A stretch of DNA of 64,000 bases from Candidatus Dadabacteria bacterium (GCA_963805855.1 CAWDVW010000007.1:384001-448000); one strand, 5' to 3'. Positions 8,098-20,777 are shown, numbered from the stretch's first letter. The notes: a model not told the origin generated them from the letters alone. Made by a program: numbers and translations.

Positions 8098-11000
8098 ATG
8101 GATCAGAAGCTGGAAACGGAAAAATTCAAAATTCTTCGTCAATTGCTCAGAGAGCGCATCCTCATTATGGATGGCGCAATGGGGACCATGATCCAATCTT
8201 ACAAACTTGACGAGGCGGATTTTAGAGGTGGAAGATTCAAGGATCATCAGAAGGACCTGAAGGGCAATAACGACATCTTATGCCTTACAAAACCGGATTT
8301 GGTCGAAAAAATACACAGTCAATACCTTGATGCCGGAGCGACAATTATTGAAACGAACTCATTTAACAGCACCGGAATCTCGCAGTCTGATTATGGGCTT
8401 GAAGATATTGTCTATGAGCTCAATAAAGAAGCGGCGAGAATTGCGAGAAAAGCCATAGATGAATTCTCCGCGCAAAATCGGGGGCTGAACTGTTTTGTAG
8501 CCGGGGCCCTGGGGCCGACAAACAAGACGGCTTCTATGTCTCCGGATGTAAACAATCCGGCGTACAGGAATATCACATTCGGTGAACTTTCCGATGCATA
8601 TTATGAACAAATCAGGGGTCTTGTTGAGGGAGGTGTTGATATCTTACTGGCGGAGACTGTATTCGACACGCTAAATGTAAAGGCGGTTATTTTCGCGATT
8701 GAAAGGTTCTTTGATGAGCATCATTTTAGATTGCCGGTGATGATTTCGGTGACTATTACGGATGCGTCCGGCAGGACCCTTTCAGGACAGACCGTTGAAG
8801 CGTTTTGGAACTCAGTCAGGCATGCCAGGCCTCTTTCCGTCGGGATAAACTGTTCATTAGGTGCTAAAGAAATGCGTCCGTATATGGATGAGTTGTCCGC
8901 TATCGTAGATTGCTACACAAGTTGCTATCCGAATGCCGGACTCCCGAATCCCTTGAGCGAAACAGGATACGATCAAAGCCCCGAAGAGACCTCCACATTC
9001 CTTGAGGAGTTTGCAAAAAGTGGGTTTGTAAATATCGTTGGAGGATGTTGTGGCACCACACCGGATCATATTAGTGCAATAGCAACAAAAATCAGGGACA
9101 TTCCTCCTCGAAAAATACCGATAATCCCTCCCGCTACCCGTCTCAGCGGGTTAGAACCCCTGAACATAGTAGAGGATCCGGCTCCATTCGTGTTGATAGG
9201 AGAGCGGACAAACGTTACCGGATCTCCACAATTTGCTAACCTCATCAAGGCCGACAGGTTTGAAGATGCTCTCGGAGTTGCCAAACAACAGGTGGAAAAC
9301 GGTGCGAATATTCTTGACGTCAACTTTGACGAGGCGTTGCTGGATAGCGGCGCCTGTATGATACGCTTCCTTAATCTGATCGCGTCCGAACCCGAAATCT
9401 CAAAGATTCCTATCATGATAGATAGCTCGAAGTGGTCGGTGATAGAGGCCGGACTTCAATGCGTACAGGGCAAATGCATAGTCAACTCGATCAGCCTAAA
9501 GGAAGGTGAGGAAAAATTTCTGGAACAAGCACGGCTCGTCATGCGTTACGGCGCGGCTACGATTGTTATGGCATTTGATGAGAAAGGACAGGCTGCCGAT
9601 AAAAAGGACAAGGTACGAATTTGTCAACGCGCCTACAAGCTCTTAACTGAAAAGGCAGGGATGGATCCTACGGATATAATCTTCGATCCAAATATCCTGA
9701 CTGTTGCGACGGGAATTGAAGAGCACAACAACTACGCAGTCGATTTCATCGAATCCCTCGGAGAAATAAAGGCCACATGCCCAGGGGCCCGCACCAGCGG
9801 AGGTGTCAGTAATATATCTTTCTCGTTCCGCGGTAACAATCTAGTCAGGGAGGCCATGCACTCTGCCTTTTTGTATCATGCCATAAACGCTGGCCTTGAC
9901 ATGGCGATCGTGAATGCAGGAATGCTAGCAGTCTATGAGGAGATCGACAAAGAGCTTCTTGAGATGGTCGAAGACGTACTCTTGAACAGGAGAACGGATG
10001 GTACCGAGCGACTCGTTGAATACGCGGAGAAAATTAGGGGTACAGAAAAAGCAAGGCTGAAAGACGAAGAGTCGTGGCGAAAGGGAAGTGTTAAGGAACG
10101 GCTATCGCACTCACTCGTTAAAGGAATAGTAGACTTTATTGAGGAGGATACCGAAGAGGCGCGTACGAAATACGAAAAGCCACTTGACGTTATTGAAGGT
10201 CCTCTCATGGACGGTATGAAGATCGTTGGGGAACTATTCGGAGAGGGCAAAATGTTTCTGCCCCAGGTGGTCAAGAGCGCGAGGGTAATGAAGAAAGCAG
10301 TTGCATATCTAGAACCCTTCATGGAGGCCGAAAAGAGAAACGCTAATGATCCCAGAGCTAAGGGAAAGTTTGTGATCGCAACTGTGAGGGGAGACGTACA
10401 CGACATCGGGAAGAACATTGTATCGGTTGTCCTGGGTTGTAATAATTACGAGGTAATAGATCTCGGTGTGATGGTACCGTGCGATAAAATCCTTCAAACG
10501 GCCAAAGAGGTAAATGCCAATATAATTGGAATGAGCGGCTTGATAACACCGTCTCTTGATGAAATGATCCACAATGCAAAAGAGATGGAGAGGAATGGTT
10601 TCGAGGTGCCGCTACTCATAGGGGGTGCTACCACCAGTGACGCACATACAGCTATCAAGATTGCCCCAAATTATAGTGGACCTACAATACATGTTCTGGA
10701 CGCATCATTGGTGGTAGGAGTATGCAGCAATCTGATGAATCCGGATAAGCGTAAAGTCCTTGAAGCAGAAACCATTGCAAAACAAAAGGCAACCAGAGAA
10801 CAATATGCTGCACTATCCCATAAGAAGCATTTCATACCCATTGATGAAGCCCGTCGAGAGAAATTCAAAACCAATTGGCAAGACATTCACATAGACGTGC
10901 CTAAAAGGCTGCGAATCGAGATATCGAAGGATATACCACTCGAAGAAGTAGTACCCTATATCGACTGGACTCCGTTCTTCTGGGTATGGGATCTAAAGGG

Positions 11001-11847
11001 AGTCTATCCGAAGATATTCGAGCATAAAAAGTGGGGGGAGCAGGCGCGGGCTCTTTACAATGACGCTCAAGATTTATTAAAAGAGATCATAGCCGAAAAA
11101 CGATTCCGGGTGGGAGCGGTGACCGGCATCTGGCCGGCCAACAGCGTAGGGGACGACATCGAAGTTTATGTTCATGAAAAGAGTAATAAGATTTTAGGTA
11201 CATTTCACTTCCTCAGACAGCAGCAGGACGACGCCGATAAACACGTATTTCATAGTTTGGCGGATTTTATAGCGCCCAAAGGTTCAGGGCGAAATGATTA
11301 CTTTGGGGGTTTTGTAGTGACTGCCGGTTGGGAAGTGGAGACATTCGCGGCTACCTTTTCTTCTAAACATGATGACTACCATGCAATTATGGTAAAAGCC
11401 CTCGGTGATAGATTTGCTGAGGCGCTGGCGGAATTGATGCATAAACGGGCGCGTGATAATTGGGGATTTGGAATGGACGAAGGTCTTACCTACGATGACT
11501 TAATAAAGGAAAGGTATAGGGGGATACGTCCGGCGCCGGGTTACCCATCATGTCCTGATCATACGGAGAAAGCCCTGCTATGGAAGCTACTCAAACCGGA
11601 TGAAAATATTGGTGTAGTTCTTACTGAAAATTTTGCGATGAATCCACCCAGCTCGGTTTCTGGTTGGTATATCGCTCACCCGGAAGCTAAGTATTTTCAT
11701 TTAGGAAAAATAGACCGTGATCAGGTTGAGGATTATGCTAAGAGGAAGAACATGCCTCTGCATGTCGTTGAAAAATGGCTGCAGCCAAATCTCGGATATG
11801 AACCTTCGGAATTCTCACAGCAAATAAAAGTAGCAGGGAAGCCCTAA
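8098..11847 (+). CDS. metH: cobalamin-dependent methionine synthase
   Basis: [30 protein letters not shown]12-binding GDVHDIGKN and [15 protein letters not shown]; 1249 aa. Confidence 0.98.
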   Translation: MDQKLETEKFKILRQLLRERILIMDGAMGTMIQSYKLDEADFRGGRFKDHQKDLKGNNDILCLTKPDLVEKIHSQYLDAGATIIETNSFNSTGISQSDYGLEDIVYELNKEAARIARKAIDEFSAQNRGLNCFVAGALGPTNKTASMSPDVNNPAYRNITFGELSDAYYEQIRGLVEGGVDILLAETVFDTLNVKAVIFAIERFFDEHHFRLPVMISVTITDASGRTLSGQTVEAFWNSVRHARPLSVGINCSLGAKEMRPYMDELSAIVDCYTSCYPNAGLPNPLSETGYDQSPEETSTFLEEFAKSGFVNIVGGCCGTTPDHISAIATKIRDIPPRKIPIIPPATRLSGLEPLNIVEDPAPFVLIGERTNVTGSPQFANLIKADRFEDALGVAKQQVENGANILDVNFDEALLDSGACMIRFLNLIASEPEISKIPIMIDSSKWSVIEAGLQCVQGKCIVNSISLKEGEEKFLEQARLVMRYGAATIVMAFDEKGQAADKKDKVRICQRAYKLLTEKAGMDPTDIIFDPNILTVATGIEEHNNYAVDFIESLGEIKATCPGARTSGGVSNISFSFRGNNLVREAMHSAFLYHAINAGLDMAIVNAGMLAVYEEIDKELLEMVEDVLLNRRTDGTERLVEYAEKIRGTEKARLKDEESWRKGSVKERLSHSLVKGIVDFIEEDTEEARTKYEKPLDVIEGPLMDGMKIVGELFGEGKMFLPQVVKSARVMKKAVAYLEPFMEAEKRNANDPRAKGKFVIATVRGDVHDIGKNIVSVVLGCNNYEVIDLGVMVPCDKILQTAKEVNANIIGMSGLITPSLDEMIHNAKEMERNGFEVPLLIGGATTSDAHTAIKIAPNYSGPTIHVLDASLVVGVCSNLMNPDKRKVLEAETIAKQKATREQYAALSHKKHFIPIDEARREKFKTNWQDIHIDVPKRLRIEISKDIPLEEVVPYIDWTPFFWVWDLKGVYPKIFEHKKWGEQARALYNDAQDLLKEIIAEKRFRVGAVTGIWPANSVGDDIEVYVHEKSNKILGTFHFLRQQQDDADKHVFHSLADFIAPKGSGRNDYFGGFVVTAGWEVETFAATFSSKHDDYHAIMVKALGDRFAEALAELMHKRARDNWGFGMDEGLTYDDLIKERYRGIRPAPGYPSCPDHTEKALLWKLLKPDENIGVVLTENFAMNPPSSVSGWYIAHPEAKYFHLGKIDRDQVEDYAKRKNMPLHVVEKWLQPNLGYEPSEFSQQIKVAGKP

Positions 11848-11892
11848 ATATTTCTGGTAATTAAGATAAAGTCGAAAGAGTTATCCGTTTAT

Positions 11893-12294
11893 TCAGCCCT
11901 CAGCAGGTAGTACGGAATACTTTCTGAGTATCTCCCGGAGATCTATTGAAAATCTTGATCTGGGAATTACAAGATCACAACCCGCTCTATCAGCTTCCTT
12001 TTTTAATTCGATTTGAACGTGCGATAAAAATCCGATCACTGGAATCTGTTTAAGCTCACTGCTAGATTTAATGCTTTTTATAATTTCGAGAGGGCTGCCG
12101 GCTCTGGAATTGAGATCAAATATGATCAGAGAGGGTTTTTCTGATAATATTTTCTCTTTAAACCCGTCCGGGGTTTTTACAAATTCCAGGTCTATGTCAA
12201 GAGTCTTGGCGGCTTCTCTAATCTTCGACGAGAAGAAGAGATCATCCAATACAGCTAGAATCTTTTTTCTGTGATTTTTCCTTTCACTAATCAT
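11893..12294 (-). CDS. single-domain response-regulator receiver-like protein
   Basis: KILAVLDD...PSLIIFDLN...LKQIPVIGF...AGCD CheY-like pattern. Confidence 0.75.
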   Translation of the reverse strand: MISERKNHRKKILAVLDDLFFSSKIREAAKTLDIDLEFVKTPDGFKEKILSEKPSLIIFDLNSRAGSPLEIIKSIKSSSELKQIPVIGFLSHVQIELKKEADRAGCDLVIPRSRFSIDLREILRKYSVLPAEG

Positions 12295-12539
12295 TAACCT
12301 TTACGTAAATAGAGTGTATATTAAAGGTGTTTTTTATCAATATGATTTAGCCTGCTCAGATCCACTGAGAAATTTAGCTATTGCAAATCAGCAGTGAGAA
12401 GTTAATGATGTCTCTTAAGGGCCCCGAAGTTGTTGAGTTGTTCGAGGATTGATAATATGTGGATTGAAGGATGCCGACTCGCGACTTTGAACGTCTGATG
12501 TATGACTATTTCTCTTGATACCTCTGTGGTTGACTGGAA

Positions 12540-13262
12540 TTGCAAGTGAAAGACAATAATCGAATCAAGGCTATTTTTTTCGATGCCGCCGATACCCTAT
12601 TTTATATAAGTGATGGTCTCGGGAATGTCTATTCTTCGGTAGCAGCGAAATACGGATCAACCCCGGATCCCAAATTGGTCAAGGCCGCGTTTTCAAATGC
12701 CTTCCACTCAGCACCACCTTTAGTTTTTGGTCGACTTTCTTCTGAAGAAAGAAGGGTATCTGAAAAGAAATGGTGGTACCGCGTGGTTGAAGACGTTTTT
12801 CAAGAAGTGGGCATGTTTGACAGATTTGACTCATACTTTGACGAGCTATTTGAGCTTTTTAGACATGGTGCATGGAAATTATTTCCTGAAACTCATGGTG
12901 TATTAAACTCGCTCGAGAAGCGGGGCTTCAAATTAGGCTTAATTTCAAACTTTGATACGAGGGTGTACGATGTCTGCCAAGCGCTGGGTATATATAAATA
13001 TTTCAGGTCGTTTGTGATCTCTAGTGAAGCTGGATTCGCAAAACCCTCACCCCAAATTTTTGAAATCGCCCTTAATGAGCAGGGTGTATTGGCGGAGGAG
13101 TCTATTCATATAGGCGATAGTATAGAACATGATATACTGGGGGCAAAAACCCTGGGCATAAATGCTGTGTTGCTTGATAGGGAAGGAAAACATAAACACA
13201 GGGATGATATCTGGAAAATAAAAGATCTGAGAGGCGTTTTTCAAATTTTAGGTGACTCTTGA
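12540..13262 (+). CDS. HAD-IA family hydrolase (REG-2/HDHD3-like)
   Basis: FFDAADTL, ISNFD, KPSPQIF and HIGDS..HD motifs. Confidence 0.88.
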   Translation: MQVKDNNRIKAIFFDAADTLFYISDGLGNVYSSVAAKYGSTPDPKLVKAAFSNAFHSAPPLVFGRLSSEERRVSEKKWWYRVVEDVFQEVGMFDRFDSYFDELFELFRHGAWKLFPETHGVLNSLEKRGFKLGLISNFDTRVYDVCQALGIYKYFRSFVISSEAGFAKPSPQIFEIALNEQGVLAEESIHIGDSIEHDILGAKTLGINAVLLDREGKHKHRDDIWKIKDLRGVFQILGDS

Positions 13263-13292
13263 ACATGTAAATTAATTCCTTGGAGGATCATC

Positions 13293-13733
13293 ATGAAGAC
13301 TGCAGGATTAGCCTTACTCGTAGCATCAATATGGGGCATTACGCCAATATTTGAAAAACTAAGTTTGGAAAGGGCTTCCCCTCTTACCGTGATAACGTTG
13401 CGTTTTATATTTACGGCTACGTGTTTTGGCGTTTATTCGGCCATAACGGGAGGGTATAAGGATTTCGGCTCTTTAGACGGGAAAACTCTACTCTACATCA
13501 TTCTTGCCGCCGTTTTCGGCGGCATTATTGGTCTACTCATATTTTTCACCGCGCTCAAGCAGGATTTTACCACGAAGATAGTACCTATAGCTGCTACTTT
13601 CCCACTGTTTACCGCCCTCTATGCCTTTATGTTCCTCAACGAGCATATCTCATCTCCGAGGCTTGTCGGAATTATCCTCATAGTAATTGGATTGATTCTA
13701 GTAAATTGGAATAGCCTTAGCTATTCGGATTAG
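13293..13733 (+). CDS. EamA/DMT-family small transporter
   Basis: Five hydrophobic helices; IWGITPIFEK and FLNEHIS..RLVGI motifs. Confidence 0.8.
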   Translation: MKTAGLALLVASIWGITPIFEKLSLERASPLTVITLRFIFTATCFGVYSAITGGYKDFGSLDGKTLLYIILAAVFGGIIGLLIFFTALKQDFTTKIVPIAATFPLFTALYAFMFLNEHISSPRLVGIILIVIGLILVNWNSLSYSD

Positions 13734-13924
13734 TCATGTTTTTTAGTTTTTCCAATACGAGTAAAGAGTACGAACGCCATGGCCGGTCTTTTCGAGGAAT
13801 CTCTCATAGCAAATTGAACAGTATCTAATTTCCAGCCCTTATTAACCCACGTATTTATCACAGCTTCCAGGTCCTCTGCCGTCACGGTTGCTAATTCTAC
13901 CACCTTGTAAGTAGTCTTTGTCAT
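13730..13924 (-). CDS. small DUF4177-like protein
   Basis: YKVVEL...[15 protein letters not shown]...FTR pattern; translationally coupled to hemB. Confidence 0.65.
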   Translation of the reverse strand: MTKTTYKVVELATVTAEDLEAVINTWVNKGWKLDTVQFAMRDSSKRPAMAFVLFTRIGKTKKHD

Positions 13925-14910
13925 TGCGCGTGCTTGGAAGAGCCCAATAATCTTGCGGCTTCCTTGGCAAAATAGGAAATAATGATATCTGCCCCCGCTC
14001 TCTTTATGCTAGTTAACATCTCCATAACCACTAGTTTTTCATCTATCCAACCGAGCCTGCCTGCAGCCTTAACCATCGAATATTCACCACTGACGTTATA
14101 GGCGGCAAGCGGATAGTCGAACTCTTCCCTGGCCGCTCTTATAACATCAAGATATGACATTGCGGGTTTCACCATCACGATGTCCGCACCCTCCTCAATG
14201 TCGAGGGCAATTTCACGCAAAGCCTCTCTAACGTTGGGCGGATCCATCTGATATTCTTTCCTGTCGCCAAATTCGGGCGAGGACTTCGCAGCCTCTCTAA
14301 ATGGTCCATAGAATGCGGATGCGTATTTCGCTGAATACGACATTATTGCCGTATCAATTAAACCATTCTCGTCCAGTGCGCTTCTAATAGCTCCAACACG
14401 GCCGTCCATCATGTCAGACGGGGCGACAATATCAGCCCCAGCCCGTGCATGCGATAATGCGATCTGTCCCAGATACTCGAGTGTTTCATCGTTATCCACT
14501 TTACCCCCTCTGATTATCCCGCAATGGCCGTGACTGGTATATCCACACATGCAAATGTCGGTTATTAGCACGATGCTATCAAACCTCTCCCTTATTTCCC
14601 TTAACGCCCTCTGGATAATGCCGTTTTCATCGTAAGCCTCCGATCCCAATTCATCTTTCAACTCAGGAACCCCAAACAAAAGGATCGCCTTAATTCCAAG
14701 TTCCTTTAACTGTTTTATCTCCTTTATTGCATTGTCTATTGACTGTCTGAATATTCCCGGCATAGAGGTAATCTCCTCTTTAAATCTCTTACCGGGAGCG
14801 ACGAACATCGGATAGACGAAATCATCCACGCTTAATTTAGTCTCACAAACCATTTCACGGATGTGTTTATTTTTCCGCAGTCTTCTTGGACGATAATCAG
14901 GGAAGTGCAT
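13921..14910 (-). CDS. hemB: porphobilinogen synthase
   Basis: RPRRLR, Zn site [25 protein letters not shown] and YNVSGEYSM motifs. Confidence 0.97.
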   Translation of the reverse strand: MHFPDYRPRRLRKNKHIREMVCETKLSVDDFVYPMFVAPGKRFKEEITSMPGIFRQSIDNAIKEIKQLKELGIKAILLFGVPELKDELGSEAYDENGIIQRALREIRERFDSIVLITDICMCGYTSHGHCGIIRGGKVDNDETLEYLGQIALSHARAGADIVAPSDMMDGRVGAIRSALDENGLIDTAIMSYSAKYASAFYGPFREAAKSSPEFGDRKEYQMDPPNVREALREIALDIEEGADIVMVKPAMSYLDVIRAAREEFDYPLAAYNVSGEYSMVKAAGRLGWIDEKLVVMEMLTSIKRAGADIIISYFAKEAARLLGSSKHAQ

Positions 14911-15084
14911 ATTAAATCTGATTCTCAAATAATCTTATTTTAGATTTCAATATAACAAGTTTTTATATTTATGAAAAGGCTTGTATGCGATAAATTAGTC
15001 AAGCAATCGCAAAAACAGATTGCCCCCATCACCACCCCGAGTGAAATAGTCCTGTAATATTTTCGTTGCACCTGTTCCCGCAAT

Positions 15085-15288
15085 TGTAGATGTTAGATAC
15101 TGCGAGGATAGTCCCTTAGGTGCTAAATGGGCCTTCAAAAATGCCGACGAATTCGTAGGGAACGCATCCTTCGACCGAGCTCAGGACAGGTCTGCGTTCC
15201 CTACATTTCGCCTCATATAATTTGTTGGTAACGCTCTGCTAATGTTAAAGGAGGTTGCTTCGACCGACAAAGTCAGTCTCGCAATGAC
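15085..15288 (+). repeat. composite repeat: module D + REP family A (with nested insert) + linker + family B
   Basis: 15085-15141 is homologous to 1281-1320 and to the reverse complement of 37426-37483. 15155-15288 is colinear with 39872-39980. Confidence 0.8.
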
Positions 15289-15482
15289 ATGAGAGACCAC
15301 TTCTACTGGTACCGATCCTTTAAACCTAGCCTGAGACTTATTGATTAAATTAATTCCTTCTTATTGAAATGCCTTCGTCCATTGAGTTAAATATAGCCTA
15401 TTGAAAATTTAAAATAAAAAAGGACCAATTATTGGTTTAGTATTTTTTTAAGTCATATTTATCCACATAGAAATAATTCTCG

Positions 15483-16637
15483 ATGAAAGCGAAACATAAC
15501 GAAAATCGACCCATCGTCGGCATCATAGGCGGAGGGCAGCTCGCCAGGATGACAGCCATTGCCGCATACAGACTCGGTATAGAAATAGCTATTTTGGACC
15601 CCGACATAAAAAGTCCTGCAGGACAAATAGTGCGAAAAATCGTGATTGGATCTATAAATGATATTAGAACGTTGGAAGAGCTATCCAGAATAAGCAGCTT
15701 GATTACACTAGAAAATGAGTTTGTCGATGCACCGTTGCTGGAAAAGATTGAGTCGTCAGGAGCTATTGTCTTTCCTTCGTCGAAGACCTTAGGATTGATA
15801 CAGGACAAACTCACCCAAAAGCAGACTTTGGAGTCAAGTATGATAGGGGTTCCAAAATTCATGGTGGTGTCGGATGAGAATGATATTCTTGAAGGCGGGA
15901 GAAAATATGGATGGCCGGTAATTCTCAAGGTTAGGAGGAACGCGTACGACGGTAGAGGCAATGAATCGATCAACGGTCCGGATGAGATACATTCGGCATG
16001 GAATAACCTTTACGGTGATAAACGTGATTTTATGGTTGAAGAATTTATTAGATTTAAAAAAGAGCTTGCAATTATGGTTGTAAGAAATACAAAGGGTGAG
16101 TCAGCAACATACCCTGTGGTTGAAACCATTCAAAAAGACCACATTTGCCACATAGTGAGGGCTCCCGCAGGTATCGGTGATGATATTAGTACAAACGCGG
16201 CAAATATGGCCAAGAAAGCGATTGAAGCGATTGATGGCATAGGGGTATTCGGAGTTGAAATGTTCCTCCTGGAAGATGATAGGGTACTCATAAATGAAAT
16301 TGCTCCACGACCCCACAATTCAGGGCATTACACAATCGAGGCCTGCGTTACATCACAATATGAAAATCATTTACGTGCCATTCTGGGTTATCCTTTGGGC
16401 TCGACCAGTATGGTGAGTCCCGCAGCCGTGATGGTTAACTTACTCGGCAGCGGCGATGGAGAATCAGTTGTTAAGGGACTTGATGAGGCTTTAAAGGTTA
16501 CAGGCGCTCATATTCATATATACTGTAAGGAGCACACTCGGCCGAATCGTAAGATGGGTCATCTCACAGTACTGGGGCAAAACATTGAAGAATCGTCCGA
16601 CAGGGCACTTAAGGCTGCAGGCATGATATCCTTCTGA
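15483..16637 (+). CDS. purK: N5-carboxyaminoimidazole ribonucleotide synthase
   Basis: IIGGGQLARM, YDGRGN, NEIAPRPHNSGH and RKMGH motifs. Confidence 0.96.
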   Translation: MKAKHNENRPIVGIIGGGQLARMTAIAAYRLGIEIAILDPDIKSPAGQIVRKIVIGSINDIRTLEELSRISSLITLENEFVDAPLLEKIESSGAIVFPSSKTLGLIQDKLTQKQTLESSMIGVPKFMVVSDENDILEGGRKYGWPVILKVRRNAYDGRGNESINGPDEIHSAWNNLYGDKRDFMVEEFIRFKKELAIMVVRNTKGESATYPVVETIQKDHICHIVRAPAGIGDDISTNAANMAKKAIEAIDGIGVFGVEMFLLEDDRVLINEIAPRPHNSGHYTIEACVTSQYENHLRAILGYPLGSTSMVSPAAVMVNLLGSGDGESVVKGLDEALKVTGAHIHIYCKEHTRPNRKMGHLTVLGQNIEESSDRALKAAGMISF

Positions 16638-16664
16638 AAAATTTCCAAGGAGGTGAGGGTACAC

Positions 16665-17159
16665 GTGAATCCGTTAATAGGAATAGTTATGGGAAGTGAT
16701 TCAGATTTGCCGACAATGATAGCCGCATCAAAGGTGTGTGGTGAATTCAATATTCCATACGAAATGAGGATTCTGTCTGCCCACCGCACACCCGTAGATA
16801 TGGCTAAATACGCCCAGGAAGCCCACGTGAGAGGTATTAAGGTGATTATCGCAGGCGCGGGAGGTGCCGCTCATCTTCCGGGAATGATTGCCGCACATTC
16901 ACCTCTTCCTGTAATAGGTGTTCCTATCAGTACCGAAGCCCTAAGTGGCCTCGACTCCCTCTTGTCAATTGTACAGATGCCTAGTGGCGTGCCGGTTGCG
17001 ACAGTCGCAATCGGGGGCGCGAAGAATGCTGCCCTCTTGGCCATCGAAATCCTTGGTACGTCGGATAAAAAGATACTTAAGAAGATGATAGATTATAAGC
17101 AAAATGCGGCGGAAGAATCGAGACAAAAGAATAAACGCATGCCAAAGAGTAAAAAATAA
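16665..17159 (+). CDS. purE: N5-CAIR mutase
   Basis: [24 protein letters not shown] and [11 protein letters not shown] motifs; GTG 16665 follows GGAGGTGA. Confidence 0.97.
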   Translation: MNPLIGIVMGSDSDLPTMIAASKVCGEFNIPYEMRILSAHRTPVDMAKYAQEAHVRGIKVIIAGAGGAAHLPGMIAAHSPLPVIGVPISTEALSGLDSLLSIVQMPSGVPVATVAIGGAKNAALLAIEILGTSDKKILKKMIDYKQNAAEESRQKNKRMPKSKK

Positions 17160-17239
17160 TATCCCTGACGTATGATCACGTGCGGGTCTGATTACAAAAT
17201 CGTACCAGACTGATAATTCAGAACTTATAAGGAACTGCT

Positions 17240-20200
17240 ATGCATTCAAAGCCTAAGTTTAGAAAGAAGGTAAAACATTTTCAAAGAGTCCTGGTGGCAA
17301 ATCGAGGAGAGATTGCAATTCGAGTATTTCGCGCGTGCACCGAGCTCGGCATAAATACAGTTGCAATCTATTCTGAAGAGGATTCTTTTTCTCTGCACAG
17401 AAGCAAGGCCGACGAAGCCTACTTAATCGGGAAAGACAAGGGTCCGGTCGAGGCGTATTTGGATATAGATGGGATTATAAGTCTGGCGATTGAAAAGAAT
17501 GTTGACGCCATTCATCCCGGATACGGATTCTTATCTGAAAATCCAGATCTCGCTAGGGCATGTATTGATGCGGGGATATCCTTCATTGGTCCCCCTCCAG
17601 AGGTGACTGAGCTGATGGGCGATAAGGCGGCAGCGAGGAGATTGGCCACCAGGTCGGGGGTACCTATCGTTCCCGGAACAGAGGGATTTGTGGAAAATGA
17701 TGAACAAGCTATCAAGTTTTCAAGAGGCGCCGGGTTCCCGGTGATTATAAAGGCTGCCCACGGCGGGGGAGGCAGGGGAATTAGAATCAACTATGATCAA
17801 AAGTCTCTGATAGAGAACCTTCCACAGGCTAGGTCAGAGGCGAAGGCGGCATTCGGAAGTGATGCCGTACTACTAGAAAAATACATTGAAAATCCAAAAC
17901 ATGTAGAAGTGCAGGTCCTGGGTGATCAATACGGTAACGTGATTCATTTATTTGAACGCGACTGTTCCGTTCAAAGAAGACATCAGAAGGTGACGGAACT
18001 GGCGCCCGCATTAACGCTTGACCGTGATTTTAAGGAGAGGATTTATGATGCGGCTCTCCGATTATCTAATGCCGCGAATTATACAAGTGCGGGCACGGTT
18101 GAATTTTTAGTCGACCTAAAGGGAAATTTCTATTTTATCGAGATGAACACCCGCATCCAGGTAGAACACACCGTCACAGAACTGATTACCGGTGTGGATC
18201 TTGTCCAAGCCCAGATACGAATTGCAGAAGGTCATAGATTGCACGACCCCCAAACAGGGATTCCCAGGGGTTCCGCGTTAAGATGTAACGGATATGCGCT
18301 ACAGTGCCGCATTACTACAGAAGATCCGACAAATAACTTTACCCCTGATATAGGTCGATTAATTGCGTATCGGTCCCCCGGTGGATTCGGAATAAGGCTT
18401 GATGCCGCCAGTGCCTATGTAGGTGCCGCGATCACGCCGTATTACGATTCCATGCTGGTAAAAGTTACCTCTTGGGGTTTAACATTTGATCAGTGTGTCA
18501 AGAAGATGGATAGGGCGCTGCAAGAGTTTCGCATCCGAGGGGTTAAAACAAATATCCCTTTCCTGATTAAGCTGATCAGGCATCCTGTGTTCAAAAGAGG
18601 GGAATGCACAACGAGTTTTCTCCAGGATCACCCGGAAGTCTTTGACATAAAGGAACCACGGGACAGGGCTACCAGGCTTTTGAACTTTATTGGAGATGTC
18701 ACTATAAACCAATCCCTTAAGAAGCCCAAGACCTGGGAAGAACATCCACCCCTAAGACCGATTTTACCGTCAACAGACCACAACAGGTCAGTGGTTCCTG
18801 AACACAGACAGGTTTTTGACCGGGAGGGTCCGGAGGGATTATCAAAGTGGATTTTGAAACAAAAACGTTTGCTTGTGACAGACACGACATTTCGCGATGC
18901 TCATCAATCTCTGCTCGCGACGCGACTGAGAACCTATGATATGCATAATATCGCAAAGGCAACTGGCCATTTGGGGAGAAATATTTATTCATTCGAGATG
19001 TGGGGTGGGGCGACATTCGACGTATGTCTGAGATTTCTCAAAGAATGCCCCTGGAACCGAGTTTCAAAGCTCCGGGAATCTATGCCTCACGCCATCCTCC
19101 AAATGCTGCTCCGCGGCGCTAATGCTGTCGGATATGCCAACTACCCGGATAATATCGTAAGAGAATTCATAAGAGAGGCAGCAAGGTGTGGGATAGACCT
19201 ATTCAGAATCTTTGATTGCTTCAATTGGATCCCGAATATGAAGGTTTCAATAGAAACGGCCCTTGACACAGGCAAGATAGTTGAAGCAGCAATATGTTAT
19301 TCAGGAGATATTACCGACCCAAAACGGGATAAATACACGCTTAAGTACTACGTAGATCTCGCGAGGGAACTTTCGAAAATGCATGTCCACCTTATCGCGA
19401 TCAAGGATATGGCCGGACTATGTAAACCCTTTGCGGCGGAAAAGCTGGTCCGCGCTATAAAAGAAGAAACGGGGCTCCCCTTGCATTTTCACACACATGC
19501 GACCAGCGGAAACGGGGAGGCAACAGTTCTCAAAGCTGCCGAAGCAGGCGCGGACATTGTTGATTCGGCCATCAGCTCATTATCTGGACTGACCTCTCAG
19601 CCTAGTTTAAATGCGGTTGTCGCTGCCCTGGAAGGAACTGAGCGGGACACGTTGATCGATGTAAAGGACTTAAACAAACTCTCAACATACTGGGAGGCGG
19701 TCAGAGGCTATTATGCGCCATTTGAAGGGGATATGAAATCTTCCAATGCAGATGTGTATCTATACGAAATCCCAGGCGGTCAATACACAAACCTGCGTTC
19801 ACAGGCCCAATTGCTTGGATTAGGAGATAGGTGGGAAGATATAAAACAGATGTACGCCGAGGCAAATAAACTCTTTGGCGATATCATTAAGGTGACTCCA
19901 TCTTCAAAGGCGGTGGGGGACATGGCCCTATTTTTGGTTCAGAACGATCTCAAACCAGATGATGTTATAGAGAAAGCCGACCAATTGACCTTTCCCAAAT
20001 CTGTTATCGATATGATGGAGGGACACCTCGGGCAGACCCTGGGAGGATTTCCTCCTGACATTCAAAAGGCTATTTTAAGAGATAAAACACCGATAAATGT
20101 AAGACCAGGGGAGTTAATCCCACCGGCAGATTTCAATGGCAACAGAAAGAGATTAGAGCTGGAGCTAAATCATCGCATAACAGATCAGGATTTGGTCTCA

Positions 20201-20719
20201 GCCTTTCTTTATCCGGGAGTCTTTGAAGAATTCGATAAGCATAGGACGCTCTACGGAGACATTTCTGTCGTTCCCACATCCGCGTTCTATTATGGGATGG
20301 AGCCAGGAGAAGAGACCACTTTAGAGATTGAGGAAGGCAAAACGATTCTCGTAAAGCTTTTTGCCATTGGGGAAAGCGAGCCTGATGGAAGGGTGCCACT
20401 ACTGTTTGAGGTTAATGGTCAGCCTCGACCGGTGAGGGTGTTGGATAAATCAGCTACAGGCGCATCTATAAAGGCTAGACCAAGAGCAGACATAAAAAAC
20501 CCTCTGGAAGTTGGGGCACCGCTAGGCGGCAAGGTAGTGAATCTGCTTGTTAAAGAGGGGGATAAAATAAGCCACGATCAGCCCTTGTTTACGATAGAAG
20601 CGATGAAGATGAGAACTAATATCAAAGCCATAAATGAGGGCGTTGTTTCGAAGGTTCTAATATCCGAGGGGGACAGTGTTGACGCGGGGGAGCTAGTTCT
20701 ACGGCTGTCTGATGAATGA
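17240..20719 (+). CDS. pyc: pyruvate carboxylase
   Basis: Biotin carboxylase (ANRGEIA, ERDCSVQRRHQK), carboxyltransferase (DTTFRDAHQSLLATR) and biotinyl (EAMKM) domains. Confidence 0.97.
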   Translation: MHSKPKFRKKVKHFQRVLVANRGEIAIRVFRACTELGINTVAIYSEEDSFSLHRSKADEAYLIGKDKGPVEAYLDIDGIISLAIEKNVDAIHPGYGFLSENPDLARACIDAGISFIGPPPEVTELMGDKAAARRLATRSGVPIVPGTEGFVENDEQAIKFSRGAGFPVIIKAAHGGGGRGIRINYDQKSLIENLPQARSEAKAAFGSDAVLLEKYIENPKHVEVQVLGDQYGNVIHLFERDCSVQRRHQKVTELAPALTLDRDFKERIYDAALRLSNAANYTSAGTVEFLVDLKGNFYFIEMNTRIQVEHTVTELITGVDLVQAQIRIAEGHRLHDPQTGIPRGSALRCNGYALQCRITTEDPTNNFTPDIGRLIAYRSPGGFGIRLDAASAYVGAAITPYYDSMLVKVTSWGLTFDQCVKKMDRALQEFRIRGVKTNIPFLIKLIRHPVFKRGECTTSFLQDHPEVFDIKEPRDRATRLLNFIGDVTINQSLKKPKTWEEHPPLRPILPSTDHNRSVVPEHRQVFDREGPEGLSKWILKQKRLLVTDTTFRDAHQSLLATRLRTYDMHNIAKATGHLGRNIYSFEMWGGATFDVCLRFLKECPWNRVSKLRESMPHAILQMLLRGANAVGYANYPDNIVREFIREAARCGIDLFRIFDCFNWIPNMKVSIETALDTGKIVEAAICYSGDITDPKRDKYTLKYYVDLARELSKMHVHLIAIKDMAGLCKPFAAEKLVRAIKEETGLPLHFHTHATSGNGEATVLKAAEAGADIVDSAISSLSGLTSQPSLNAVVAALEGTERDTLIDVKDLNKLSTYWEAVRGYYAPFEGDMKSSNADVYLYEIPGGQYTNLRSQAQLLGLGDRWEDIKQMYAEANKLFGDIIKVTPSSKAVGDMALFLVQNDLKPDDVIEKADQLTFPKSVIDMMEGHLGQTLGGFPPDIQKAILRDKTPINVRPGELIPPADFNGNRKRLELELNHRITDQDLVSAFLYPGVFEEFDKHRTLYGDISVVPTSAFYYGMEPGEETTLEIEEGKTILVKLFAIGESEPDGRVPLLFEVNGQPRPVRVLDKSATGASIKARPRADIKNPLEVGAPLGGKVVNLLVKEGDKISHDQPLFTIEAMKMRTNIKAINEGVVSKVLISEGDSVDAGELVLRLSDE

Positions 20720-20727
20720 AGTGATAC

Positions 20728-20777
20728 GTATGGAACACATATCCTTCGACTACGCTCAGGACAGGTATGCGTTCCCA
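20728..20777. repeat. REP family A copy with a 24-nt insert at its centre
   Basis: GTATGGAACACATA-[TCCTTCGACTACGCTCAGGACAGG]-TATGCGTTCCCA. Confidence 0.85.

Noticed and set aside
12300-12535. Possible ncRNA (e.g. 6S) between the receiver gene and the HAD gene
   Set aside because: I could not identify a long closing stem or recognisable consensus by eye; an Rfam scan would be needed.
15040-15120. Cobalamin riboswitch-like CTGTTCCCGCAATTGTA
   Set aside because: No AGGGAA..GGTG core or B12 box, and the downstream part belongs to dispersed repeat module D.
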